In this document: piece after piece, positions 11,141-24,039 of the stretch
Position numbering within the stretch: position 1 is the stretch's first letter
Layout of the letters: each line of letters begins with the position of its first letter
NCBI GenBank assembly: GCA_964200075.2
Contig: CAXNAA020000034.1
Span: 1 to 33,066, forward strand
Length of the DNA stretch: 33,066 nucleotides
DNA from: Sphacelaria rigidula
Taxonomy: Eukaryota
Direction of reading: 5' to 3'
Made by a program: the position numbers and the translations under genes
Notes under the pieces: model-generated
Told to the model about the DNA's origin: nothing
The model's database searches: none
What the model saw: only the letters and a program-made list of their open reading frames with translations

Positions 11141-12017
11141 CCCCCAAAAGGTGCATGGTTTGGGAAGGAAAAATCTTCACGTAGATCGAAATGGGAAAAG
11201 CTAAGCACAATGAGCAGCTGAGAATTCCAACGCTTGGATTCGTTCTCGCCGATGTCGCCAATATGAGGCGCTTCATGCAGCCTGCACCCAAACATCAGGC
11301 GCTGTATGGCCAATTTTCTCGGGACACTTTTGGGCTGGTTCTGAGGGGGAGGCTATTGTAAAAAGTGTCGATTGTGTAACTTCGTGTAGGCAACATCATT
11401 ATTTCCACGTGCCTGCAGCAAGTATTGTCTACCTGACTGTGTTGTTATTCACTTGTATTTTGTGACTGGGCTGAGAGGAAGGATGTGCACTGAGTTTGAG
11501 ATATGGGATATATTTGATTGTGAGTCGGAGAATGAAGTTAATGCGGTAAGACTGAAACCAGTTCGAGCCTGAGAGTTTCGGATTTGTCTGCAGACCACCC
11601 CACACTCCATTGAACGGGTGGGTGTAGGGAAGTAGTCCACCCTACGAGTTATCCACTTACCTTAGGTCATCGGTAGAGGTACTACAGAGGTGTTCAGAGT
11701 GCTTTGGTGTCTGATGATTCTTGTTAATGCTGTGCAAATATTTTTGTGTGGCGCATGAGCAGTGGTCGGGGTGGGGGTGAACACAACTGATGGATACTGC
11801 CAGCAGTAGCAGGTTTTGAAGAGCTTCCGGAACAGTCGCTCTAACATTGTGTGGGACGCCAAACTTGTCATTCGAAAAATCATACTTTGTCATAATGGTA
11901 TCGCCGCGAATTGATCGGATACCACAGGTGATGTTTTGTGCTCACATGATGTTTGATTTTGGATGTGGACACCATATCATTTTTATACTGATATGATACT
12001 ACGGAGTATAAGAATGC

Positions 12018-12380
12018 CGGCCGTCCCGGTGGCTCAGTTGGTAACCTCGACAACTTCTGATGGTTGGATTGTGGTTTCGGATCTCGGTGAAGTCACACGA
12101 TCTGATACTTTCTCACAGCATGCCCAATAATGAAGAGCTATTATTTGTCGTGGGTACACGAGATTCGACGTAACAGTCGACGAAGGAAAGGGACCGCTTG
12201 ACCCCTCTCGCGATAAAAAATACGGCAAGCACTGCAGAAGCAAGGTCGAGTACTAACGCAGAAGAAAAACAAAAAATTCCCGTGTTGGCCTTCTTCCTGT
12301 TTGATCCCAGACGATGCGCCCACATAACCGAAAGGTGTAGCCTGGCGCCCAGAATAAATGAGATGACAACACACACACAT
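12018..12380 (+). mobile_element. tRNA-derived SINE, copy 1
   Basis: Pol III box A (tggctcagttgg), degenerate box B (gtttcggatct), body shared with the other two copies (agtcacacgatc, gtcgacgaaggaaaggga), (CA)n tail. Confidence 0.88.
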
Positions 12381-12724
12381 AAGGGCCTGGCGCTTTTCTT
12401 TGCGCATCTCGTGGAGTGCAATATACTTGTAGTACAATTGTGTAGCTCGTCCTGGTTCAGGACGGCGTAGCGTCAGTTTTGCTATCTCAATCGCCACGAG
12501 CTAGGCTCGGGGGGTCAGCTTGTGACAGAGGGAAATATCAAATTACGCAGTCGACAAATTGTGTAGAGTTGAATGTTTATTTATGTGTGAAACGGGAAAA
12601 TGTACCTTGTGGGTCACTTGTATTTTGTAGATCGGCTGTCGGGAAGCACTCTCACATACTGCCCTGTACCACCCTGTACCGTCCTGCCCCGCCCTGCCCT
12701 GTACTGTGCTGTACTGTACTGTGC

Positions 12725-12960
12725 CTGATTAATCGGTCAGTTGTCGCACATCACGTGATCCCCGAGGAATCTAGCCATTTTCGGGAAATAGACGTACCCA
12801 AGGCAAACAAAACAGACCGGCTCGGTACAGGAGAGACTTGAGAAAAAGGGAAATCTTCACAGAGAAAAAGAAAGCAGAGTAAACTGGAGAAGAAAAACCA
12901 GAACGAAAACACAAAGTGGTTGGGGATGTACTACTCATGATCTTGCATGCCGTAGTCATA
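12725..12960 (-). mobile_element. Non-LTR 3'-end fragment (AATC-tail family), degenerate
   Basis: Minus strand: pyrimidine-rich tract, then ggctagattcctcggggatc..tgtgcgacaac..aatca, similar to the copies at 20503, 30810 and 31551. Confidence 0.5.
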
Positions 12961-14124
12961 AACCATCAAGCTCGCAGGGGGGGTGTGATAACGGGCGGGA
13001 GTCAGGAAAGGACAAAGAAAACAAGAAAAACGGCAAGCCAGATAGAACTAGTATCGGTTGTACTACTGTTGTTGTAGTTATCCATCAATGGTGGCTTGCG
13101 TAACCTTTGTATCAATATCAGTTAATGATGCGGTAGGGGGGATTGACATCCGCGTTTATTTTTTCTACAGGAAAAAGGAAATCGCTCCACGACAAAACAA
13201 GCACGTTTGTGTAACAATTTCTCCGTGTATTTGCTTCGTTCTCGATCACATTGGAGTCTTGACTAATTCTTTGGTTGCCATTTCTGCACGCACATGTACT
13301 GTATATTATCCGTCTCTCAGGTACAGTGTGGTGACGTCGTGTGCTCTCTAGAGGTGGGCCGATTTCGTGCTGCATGTCAAGAATGCCACAACAACAAGTA
13401 CTCTTGTTCTTTTTTCAGCTGCACTCAGTGACTGATTGTACAGTGCAATACTAAATCGTGCGCAGAGGACACGATCAATGCGCCCACCCTACGGTGATGC
13501 CGGCCACGTGCTGGCGATACCCTTCGATCTCGCCAACAATACACAACCGGTTCTGGGCCCGATTGGTATAATATACTCTGACCGCAAAAAAATGGTCCCC
13601 CTCCACAAAACCTTCGCGGTCGAAACATGTCCCTCACACAACACTATGCGGCGAATATGTATGCGGCTAAGCGCCGACCACGGTGTCAAGACTTAGCGGA
13701 AGATACTCCAGTGTTTCGCTGGTATATAATACCCTCTCCAACCGCACTCAAGCTACACATGAGTAGTTAGTCTGTAGCTGCATCTATACTGTACTGCTCA
13801 CCTAAAAAACCTCGTTCCTATCACGTCCACGCGATCTAGGTACAAGTCTTGGTCGGATCTCGCGGTGGTCCGTGAACCGAAGAGAGAAGACTACACGAAG
13901 GAGGGAGTCTACAGTAAAGGGACACGATCACCGGTGGCGATGAGTTGCCGGGTGGAGGGTTCGTTCGGTGTGTTGCATGTGTATCCCCGTCGTTTCGAAC
14001 CGGAACGGCGGTGTGATGGGAAGAAACCACAATTTGCGGTGTAACATGACGCGGGACGGATGCGGCGAAATAATATCGACACGCCGATGGATGCGCGTGC
14101 GTGGCATAGAACAACACGACAGTA

Positions 14125-14300
14125 ATTTGATAGAGTGATTGAGTGATTGCGGTATATATTAATTGACTCGCGACGAGTGCAGTCATGGCCGCAAGACATA
14201 CGCTATACCCCAAGACGAAAACACAAAAACCCTCACGAACGGACACTCGAGAAAAGAGGTGAAATGAACAAAAATGAAATAGAAAATGGACAGAGGAAAC
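14125..14300 (-). mobile_element. Non-LTR 3'-end fragment (AATC-tail family), degenerate
   Basis: Minus strand: tcttgcggccatgactgcactcgtcgcgagtcaattaat...aatcactcaatcac. Confidence 0.5.
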
Positions 14301-14970
14301 TGAAGTGAATGCCAAACTAAAAATTGTGGGTGGTCGTAGCGAGCCCCCGGAGCAACACCGACAGATCTCGCCTGCCAGACATAACTTCAGAGCAAGAAGC
14401 TGTGTGGAGGAGTAAAGTCAAGGACGTAGATTACGGCTCAGCTATCTGGAGACCACTCTTGTGGGCGGGAAATCGTAGCTCGCCAGGCCACGATACCAAC
14501 CGGAAACAAAAGATATGAGAACGTACGTACAAGGAATCGCGTGGTGGGACACCTTCGTCCTCGCTCCTCGTCGATGATGATACGAATAGTGCCTCTTTCA
14601 TTTTTGCCAAATTCACTTGTGATTCATCAAGTCATACTCGTGCTCATTTTTTAAATGGCACACTGTACCCGTCCTCGTTTTTCAACAAAGGGTATGATAT
14701 TCTGGCAGCTAGCTCGAATGCCATACCCTTTGTTTTCCAACATGATTCGTGGCCCCACGAGTCAATACGATCCTCGAAACGGCATGTGTTCCGCCGCATA
14801 TTTTGGGACCACATCCTTTCTCGAAGAGACACCCCCCCCACTCCCCTCCCCCCTCCCCGCCGACATACACCCCCGACTGCAGCGTCAATAGGCACTGATG
14901 GATCAAAGCATTTATTACGACGTGGGTCATCAATTTCTGACGAAAAGCCAGAAAGAGCCTGTGCTTCCCT

Positions 14971-14972
<2 letters not shown>

Positions 14973-15015
<43 letters not shown>

Positions 15016-15368
15016 TGTCGTCCCATCTATGACCCTGGACGCCAGGCTACGTCTTTTCGGTTTATGCGGACACATCAACGAGGGTCACATAGGAGCACGA
15101 TAGATACAGGAGCTTGTTTTTGATTTGTTCTCGTGTTTCACCTTTCTTCTGCGGTTCCATCCTTACTTTTTATAGCGACAAGGGCTCAGCGGTCCCTTTC
15201 CCTTGTCGACCGTGACGTCCAACTTTGTGTACCCACGACGAAGCCCTTCTCCACTGGGGGGCATACAATGGGAGAAAGTCTCAGATCGTGTGACTTTGCT
15301 ACGATTCGACCCCGCACATTTCAACCGTCAGAAAGTTCTGGTAATCAGCTGATCCACCGGGGCGACTG
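14973..15368 (-). mobile_element. tRNA-derived SINE, copy 2, with (CA)21 tail
   Basis: The minus strand starts cagtcgccccggtggatcagctg and has box B ggtcgaatc and the same body. (TG)21 lies at 14973-15014. Confidence 0.88.
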
Positions 15369-18300
15369 ACTGTCCACTTTGCTCAATATGCGATTGTTGA
15401 AGCGGGTTGTCAGCTGTCAGCTATGTATTAAGGAACAAGGTTCTCACGAGCTGGTCCAGGAAAACAAAAATCGAAATTCGTCGGCTATAGAGGGCGATGT
15501 CAAGACAAACGGAATATATTTTGACACTTCAAACTACAAATAGAAAATATGGAATTGCGGCCTCCTACTCATAAGTGCCAGGATCGCGGTGAACCGCTGG
15601 TGGTGTGCGGGAAGCAGAAGAAGGTTTCCTATCGGTGCACATGAAATTGGTTGATGAATTATTCAAGAAGGCTATTTACGGCGTTAGTGTTGTGTTCGTA
15701 GACGCGCCTTGTTGTGTTCACGAACTTGCGACGTGCAAGCAAGTACAGAGCTCCGGTAGGGAGGAGTGTAGTTCGTAGCCCACGCAATCGTCGGGAAATA
15801 CGTCTGGAGTCCACGTCAGGGGGGTCGAAACACATACTATCATGGCCATTTTTGCGGGCCACAGACCGTTTGATTGGCAGCGTAGGTCATCTGGGTAGCC
15901 ATTATCATGTAAGAAATGGTGTCGATTCAACACATTTCCACCACTGGCCATCCAAAGGTCAACAGACTTGTAGAACAAAAACTCCCACCCGTGTTCCTGA
16001 AGGAAAGACTACAAAAAACCGCATACTGCATACATCATAAGGAGGCGACTCAAAGCGACTTTGTGTATATCGTAGGATACACACGGGAAGAGAATGAGGA
16101 ATGCGTTCGCATTTGTGCGCGAACATCAACGGCTTGCTTCAATACAAAGCCCCCAGTCGAAACGAAATGCGTTCGTTTGGACAACGTTCATCTCTTTCAT
16201 ATATATCTTGGCGATATAGTATAGTCGCGGACAATCGATACGTGATTCAGGACTGTAGATACTCGCCGGGCGGAAACTAGTCTATTGCACCGTAGCTATG
16301 CTGTAGACAAGGAATAGGCAAGCTGCGAAATGCGGTGCCTAGACAGACGAAGATAACATTTTTGTCCCATATACAAACGCCGAGGATCGGTCATCGCGAA
16401 AATAGGCGTCAGGCAAAAGATGTTCGCCTCCTCGCTTCGAGATGTTCTCACAAGTGTAGCGCCCAGTCGTGTAGATGACCTTTTGTTGTCCTGATTTTCT
16501 AGGAGACTTGATAAACACTTGCTTTGATGGAAAACACAACGGCGACTGCATAGAAACAGGTGGGCCTGAGTCCGCCGAGTCGTGACCTCGCACATACTCA
16601 TGTCACTACCGGCACAGCTAGCAGTACAAAACAAAGTACGGAGCACTCTCTGCGGGATATGGAGGTGCCACGAGTGCCGCCAGTGTGCTGACGGAGTCTT
16701 CGACAGATATAGCTGTGAGTGTCGCGTTGTGCGGTACAGCCATCCCCAAAACTCCACGCCGTTCGCTCAACCATGGATACAGATTCTACACTTGCCACAC
16801 TCCGAGAAGCAAGTTCGTATTTTCATCTGATTTTTCAGCACCCGAGTGTCGAACAACCCGAACACGTGTACGTATTGGAGAAGATGTGGCACTCGACCAG
16901 CGGTATCACATGCCGGCGACAATCAAATCAAACACTCCGGCGAAAAGGTATCGAGTGCATGGAACGCAGACACACCTATCGCTGAACAGCGCGTGGTGCG
17001 GGGTCGGTGGACGGTATCGGAACCATGACAGCAATGCACTGTGGCTATATCCCGACTCCAATTGACTGTACTGTAGTTCAGGGTATTTCAATACGAGCGC
17101 AAAAAAAAGACTCTTCCGTTCGTGCACCAAGTGCAGTGTTTCAAGTTACCTTGCCCACTACAGAAAGTTCGGAGAGAGTTCAGTACTGAAGAGTACATGG
17201 AACCAAAGCACTCGTAACCACAACCTCGGTGTCTCGGCCAGGATATCGATTTGATCACGATCGCGGGCATGGGCTGTGGAAACTTGCGGGCCAAGGTGAA
17301 TAGGCCACTCGAAAACACTAGCAGATCCACCAGTGGATGGAAGTTGGTGACAGCGATGCCGAAAAGTGCTGTATCCAAGGTTGCCACGAAAAACAAAACA
17401 AAACAAAACATACACCCGGGATGGAGCATCGTCCATGGGAGCAACGCATCTGCCGATCAGAGGCTACATGCGTGGACACGTACAAGTTGATGTGAGAACT
17501 GCGGGAGGAAACAATTTGGTTCGTCTGTGCTCATGTGTTGCGTTGTGGGGTAGTTATATTCGCCAAGAACATACACGAAACACCGGAAAGGGGTGCTTGT
17601 GCTGCTGTTGGGCTCATCACCACCTCAAGATACAACACAATAGTGCACACACAAACATCTGAAACGTGCACATGTAACGGAAACAGGTCACCCAAGAACG
17701 TGCACATATGTGTGCAGTTACTCCGTATTTTCTCATGAGAGTGTAGGAACGGAGCAAAAAGGACTACTGCACAGAACCGAAAAAAAGATGTACATAAACA
17801 AACCTCAGCGCCCTCGGCGACATGGTCGGGTGGTGGATTTCTCCCACCACGACCCATCAATTTGGGTAGCGATGCTGTGATGTCGTGGCATCACAAAAGC
17901 AATCACGCAGAGTAATGTACAGCAAATAAACTGTACTACTATATACTGCTCCGCACGCATGGAGGGCGACTCCAACACTGGAACGGTCTTGTACTGCACA
18001 CACGGGTTTTCCAGGCGTGCGCAAACAAACTGAAGGCAAACGGAATATGGCCGGTGCTGATATAGAAATGAAACGTCGACAGTGGTGTAGGGTGCACACC
18101 GTGAACAAACGTGGTGTAGTGGCGTACGATGGTGAACCCCGGTGGTGTGTACACACAGCGGTGGGGTGTACAGACCTTCATGTAGCCCGCTTGGGAGTTC
18201 TTTGTAGGTGCCCTGAACCAATTGTGCACATGCGGTTTTGCGCCTGAAACGGGGTAGACAGCAAGGGAACGATCGCAGCTTGTACACAATGCACGAAGCC

Positions 18301-19545
18301 AGAGTACACTATATACAATAGCGAGCACGGGGGTGCACGCTGGTCCTGTGATCGTTACTTGTGCCGACGGCAGCCGAGGGCACACGTGGACACAGGAAGG
18401 AGCTCTAGAGGCGAGAAAAAATACTTGCATCTGTAACAACAACACACCCGCAGGTAACAAAAAGGAAAAACGCTTGGTACCAAAGAGTGCGACTGACCGT
18501 TTTAGCACACGCAACATACACACATGGGCACGGCTAAAATACAGTCGACACGACACGCTAGTAGCTGTATCTGAAACGGAGTGATTGATCTAGCGATGTG
18601 GCCCTCGTGTGCGAAACGGGTGCACGAGGCATAACTCCGATAATATCCAAAACCTGTACGGAAAACTGTGGAGGAGGGCCAGATGGGTAGTTTCTCCGAG
18701 GCTGACCGGCTAGTGTGTTCAAGGGGGTCGTGCCGTAAATTTCAGCAGGGTCAAGCACACCACGCTGCAATATATCTTGTCCACTATGACTATCCAGGTG
18801 CTCCTCTTGAACAGCTGTGAAAATATTCAAACGCGTGCTGTCTGTGTGGAAACGTGAAGAGGGGGGAAGTTGTTGGGCACTGGTATGCGAAGAGAGGCTG
18901 ACTACGACGAACTGTCGTGCCGACTCGAGCTCACCGCAGAACGCGGAATTGGTTCCGCTGTTGGATTGAGTGGAATCCTGTATACTGCATCCATACATGG
19001 CACATCGTACACGAGAGTAAGTCGTGGTGCATGACGGCTGGTAGTGTTCGCTAACTGTTGTGCCCGGGTGATATCTCGCCGGGTGCATGCAGCGCATGGT
19101 GCGCGCAGCGGTTCTTCTTGATCGCTATGCCTTGGCGGACCCCTTGAAACCGATTAAGATAAAATCCTACCGCGAGTGTTGCGCTCCCCCTTGATGTTCG
19201 TTCGACTGTGGATAATATAGTTCCCGTTGCCTGAGGAATAATCTGGTTTGTGTGGGCTTCCAGAGTGTTGGTATGGTTGAATTTGACCGTCCGGGTGACT
19301 TGCTTGTCTTGTAGGTTGTGGTTGGCAGGCCAAGCGCCTCCTCTGCGTGCACCACAGCCTGGCTGATCGCGGAACAACAAGGACCCTGCGCTGGAGCTGG
19401 AACTCCGTTATTTGCCATGATACAGGAGTTCTTCTTTGCCCTTGTTTTTTTGTCTTCCTTTTTTTGTGGTGTGAGAAATGATGGTAAAACGTGAGCCTTC
19501 GAAGCTCTTCGAGCGTCTGCATGCTCACCTTTCAGAGTGGGCTAT

Positions 19546-20502
19546 TGTTAAGGTATTTGAAGGAACTGGCGTGGATAAGGTTCCGCAGCGCCCTGGGTGT
19601 CAGAGTAGATGAACGTTAGATATGACTCTCGGTCGGCTGTCAAGGCATGTCAGCTTGTTGGAAGATACAAGTATACATTGTGTGCCGAGTAGTCGATGGG
19701 AGATACGGTATGGTTGATATCTGCACATCGAATGATCATGTGCACGACGGATAGTACTCCCGGAACGTTCGTCGGATGGAGGGTATCTGATCTTTGGTTA
19801 TTGTATCATGATTAGTGACTGATATAATTCCTGCGTAAGGTAGTCGTACTGGCGCCCTGAGCCCCCGCCTGAGCTCACTCGAACTTGGGCCCAGGATATA
19901 ATCAGCCTTGCCGCCGTTGCTCTGAGTTCCAAGTGAGTCCTTACCAGCGAGCTTTGAGTTGTGGGGAAACTACTGGCTCTGGTTCGTATTGTAAAATACA
20001 AGGATATAATTTATTTCTGCGACAGTTGGATTTGAATTACTTGTCCCGTGATTTGGGTCCGGTCGGTTGCTACTGCGCCGCAGTGCATTGCTACTCTGCC
20101 ACACACGACTTGAGCCTCTGTTCGTGAGAACATCAGGGCAAAGGTGGACTGAGGCTGCCTCCTCCAAGGCGACCAGTCGTAAGTTCATAATATGGCCAGT
20201 ACGACTACCTTACGCAGGAATTATATCAGTCACTAATCATGATACAGTAACCAAAGATCAGATACCCTCCATCCGACGAACGTTCCGGGAGTACTGTCCG
20301 TCGTGCACATGATCATTCGATGTGCAGATATCAACCATACCGTATCTCCCATCGACTACTCGGAACACAATATATACTTGTATCTTCCAACAAGCTGACA
20401 TGCCTTGACAGCCGACCGAGAGTCATATCTAACGTTCATCTACTCTGACACCCAGGGCGCTGCGGAACCTTATCCACGCCAGTTCCTTCAAATACCATAA
20501 CA
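19546..20502. mobile_element. LTR-like foldback: 308-bp near-perfect inverted arms around a 341-bp spacer
   Basis: 19546-19853 vs the reverse complement of 20195-20502: 5 mismatches in 308 bp. Ends are TGTTA...TAACA. A PPT-like ttcagagtgggctat lies directly before the left TG. The LTR origin is inferred. Confidence 0.85.
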
Positions 20503-20803
20503 GATGCGTGGTCAATGGTCAAACGACTATTATAACGCAAGCAATGAATGAGTACGCCCCCTCCTACCCACCTCTCTTTTTGTGTGCGCGAGACTGTATT
20601 TGTTTTCTTCTGTTTTCGTTCTGTTTCTCGTCGTTCAGTTTACTTTATTCCCTCTCTCTATTCTCATGCCCCCCTCTCCTTCTCGAAGCTCCCTTTTGTG
20701 AGTGTTTCCGTTTTATTGTTCACGTGGAGTACGCGTGTCTTGTGAGCTTGGCTGGATTCCAATGGGGTTCAGTTATTGTGCGACCATCGATCAAATCAAT
20801 AAT
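20503..20803 (+). mobile_element. Non-LTR 3'-end fragment (AATC-tail family)
   Basis: Starts gatgcgtggtcaatggtc (same as 33024), continues through a pyrimidine tract and ends tcttgtgagcttggctggattcc..gttattgtgcgac..atcaaatcaat. Confidence 0.6.
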
Positions 20804-20865
20804 TCAGTAGGACGCGTCTGTACCAGGGGTATCAGTGCACGATTTCTTGTATCATAAATGCGCAC

Positions 20866-21211
20866 CAGTCGCCCTGGTGGCTCAGCTGGTAACCTCGAAA
20901 CCTTCTGACGGTTGGGTCGTGGGTTCCAATCTCGGTGCAGTCACACGATCCGGGATTTTTCCCTACACCATGACCAACAGTGGCGAGCGACGATGTCGTG
21001 CGTACACAAAATTCTTCTTGATGGTCGACGAGGGAAAGGGAGTGCTGAACCCCTCTCTCGATAAAAAAATAAGGCAAACACCGCAGAAGGAAGGTGGAGA
21101 ACTAAAAACAAACAAAAAAGAAACTCCTGTGTGACCCCGGCTGGTGCGCCCACATATACCGGAAGTTGTAGACTGACGTCCAGAATAAATGGGATGGCAA
21201 CACATACACAT
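20866..21211 (+). mobile_element. tRNA-derived SINE, copy 3
   Basis: cagtcgccctggtggctcagctgg (box A), ggttccaatct (box B), shared body, caacacatacacat tail. Confidence 0.88.
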
Positions 21212-21449
21212 TAACCAGTGAGGGAGATAGGTACGACTCGACTATGCAAACGACATGCCATGCGTTCAGAGGAAGTCACGGGTTGTTTTTGCAAAGGGTG
21301 AACTGCACGCACCATGCTCCGAAATGGGTGTAGATAGTGGAGACCGAATACCGTGCATGAAGTCATAGAAGTAACGGTTCCTGTATAAACGGTCGACGAC
21401 GCGCCGTACTCCCGGACGATTGTCGACAGCGGGGACTACACCCCGTGCG

Positions 21450-23640
21450 AGAACTAGAGAAAGTGTGTGTATTATAGGGATGAAGCACACACCATATTCC
21501 TGAACAAGGTCTTGCGGACCCCTGGCGAGGGAGGGCAAATGCTTGCACAAGTCGCTAATCACAAAGATGGACATCATCGATCCCATCAGCGCGCTTGAGG
21601 ACCCTGCAGACCCAGACCCAAATGTCGCTCGCTTCGGCATCGACCACTAAATAGACGAAAGATGCCTTGAGCATGTCCGCGAATGAGAAGGCAGCGAGAC
21701 CCGATAATTCATCTTCGTCCGGAAATATCTAAATTAGATCTACTGGGCAACTACCCTGTCGGGAAGAAGTTACACAAAACCATCGTCAAGGTGTGAAAAG
21801 AAGAGGAGGTGGTCCCCCAAGCTATGGAAGAACGCATAGGCCATACTGCACAAAATGAATGGTCGGACTGAGTGTGGTAACAATAGAGGCATATCACCAG
21901 CAGCACATGCCAGCAAAGCATATCTCATGATTGTCGCAATCCGGCTCAACGCACACCTGGAGTACAAAAAAACTCCTTTCAAGACAACAGTCAGCCCCAT
22001 CTCTCGACACATGACACGATGATCGTATTGCGCAAACTACAGAAAGCTCGGTAGATCTCACAACACCCATGTGCTTCATTGGCCGCGCGGAATCGTATGA
22101 CTCGGTCGACCGTACCCTCCTTTGTGTCGTACTCGCGCGGTTCGGGATGCCACGCTAAGGCTGTCGCAGTCATTCGCCAGTTCCACGACGGGATGTGGGG
22201 TCGTGCACGTACGGGTGCCGGGGTTCATCGGACTGATTCGAAATCGGAAACGGTCTCCGACAAGGATACGTGCTGGTCCCACTATAATTCCTCATCCTCG
22301 TCACAGCCGCTCTGAAGACGGGGAAGGAGACGTTCCTGCAATACAAAACGGTGCTCAACGACACGGTGCGAATAACGAGCAGGGAAACGAAGGGGTAAGG
22401 GGAAGACAAGGACGGGATACGAACACGGCACACAAGCACGGGGGCGGGGACTAGCGCCGGGCCAAGCCCTGCAAGGAGTGAAGGATGGGATGGGAATGAC
22501 GAGGGACGCCAGGCGCTTCAGTAGCAGGTGTGGGCTGTATTTTGCGTCGATGACGCAGGTATCGTGTCAAGGTCACAGCCGAGCCTTGCCAACAAGATGG
22601 CGGCAAATGTTCGAGCATGCCAGGCATTCAGACCGCTCGTATCGGAGGAGAAGACGAAGACCTTGTACGTGTCTGCACCGCACCAAAGTGCGGACACAAC
22701 GGACGTCAGGAGGGCGGGGCAACGAAATGCCTATACATGGAATTTTGTGCGCCTAGGCGTATCCGTCGACGGAGAGGCTGACTTGACCCCTGGGCTTATA
22801 CGCCGTAAGGAACTCGCGAGGCGGAAAGCCAGAAATTCGGACGAGTGCTCCACGATAAAGGAACATTGGCCCCGCCACCGGACATCAAGAGCTGGATGTC
22901 GAAAGCCAAAGCGCTCGAAGTTTCCCTCTAGGGCCCTTCAAGGTGGATGCTGGAGTAGACCAAATACGACGAATTGGGCACTTCACACCACCGACTCGTT
23001 TCACGGTGGACGGAAAACGTTGCCCTTCACGGAAGCCCCCAAAGTACGGGATGCATGGGCACCGAAACAAAAAAATGGAGATGGGAAAACACTCTTGTTC
23101 GCTGGACGAATGGTGCGCCTGGACAGCGAACGACGACCCGAGAGGAGTATTGGTGGACCCTTGGACGGGAAAGAGTGGAGCACGAGGAAGGGGGCGGGTG
23201 CCGGCGGAAATGCCTAGCTAACGACCTGCGAAATTCGGGATCGGGTGTGACGGCTGGGGGTAAAGTGTCATAAACATTGGCCCAGCCAGGTGAACGATAA
23301 GCGGCTGTATTAATGGCGCACTGGGTGGACGAAGAGAGCTGCTCGTTGAGAAAAGACAAGAGAAAGAGGGACAGAGGAAGACCAACGACGAAAAAGCTAT
23401 TTGAATGGGCGTACCGTACTCGCCGGCGTACTGCGCGAAACTGCATGCGCTGGGCTTCTCATTGTTTTTATCCTCCTACTTTTATTCTTCTCTCGTTTTC
23501 GTTATTTTTGTGCTTGTTTGTTCTCCATTGAAATTGACTGCGGTATTCTATTTCTCCCCCCACTTTTTTGGTTACCTCTGTGTATGTCCATCATGTGTAC
23601 ATATTGGCAAGTGAAATCAAGATGATAAATATATAAGAAC
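21450..23640 (+). mobile_element. Decayed 5'-truncated non-LTR retrotransposon (RTE-like LINE reverse transcriptase plus 3' UTR)
   Basis: RT motifs in order across frameshifts: LHKMNGRTECGNNRGISPAAHASK, CFI..SYDSVDRTLLCVVLARFGMP, VIRQFHDGM, FCVDDAGIVSRS (decayed YADD), LVSEEKTK, LLFAGRMVRLDSERRPER, CLANDLR. Confidence 0.88.
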
Positions 23641-24039
23641 ATGCTAGAAGTGCCAACGCCTGGCTCGCGCAGTGTTGCAACTCGCACTCCCTGTGCCGCA
23701 CTATCGGCCGGGCGTTGAACGTTTGAATTTTCACCTGTGTAGCCCTTCCTGTCAACGACCAACGGTGAAGATATTTGTGTGCAATAGGTCGCGCGTGAAA
23801 AATGGATATTTAGATATCAGCTTTGCATAAAGATAGTGTTGCATCGCGAGCAGTAACTACGGCACTTGCGTGTACGGTGCGTTATACGTGTTCGAGCGTC
23901 TCTCTTGCCATCGCCTCTACTCCTCTTCGTACCTTTGCCGTTTCACCCGAGCCGGCATGTTTTTTCGAGTATCCAAAAACGCGGCGCAGTTATAGGGCAT
24001 GTGATGAATAATCCTCGAGCATGACCAGACGGACATTTA

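Noticed and set aside
11655-11893. Strong minus-strand donor AG|GTAAGT at ~11660 with upstream ORFs
   Set aside because: No matching acceptor or frame with protein-like content, and no link to a gene
12018-12100. tRNA genes at the SINE heads (also 15290-15368 and 20866-20945)
   Set aside because: Box A/B are present, but I see no complete cloverleaf and each continues into the same ~300-bp body and CA tail, so they are SINEs
17480-18560. GTGCAC/CACAC-rich stretch with weak inverted end similarity and several overlapping ORFs of up to 205 aa
   Set aside because: End similarity is too weak to call TIRs, and the ORFs look like by-products of low stop-codon density in repetitive sequence
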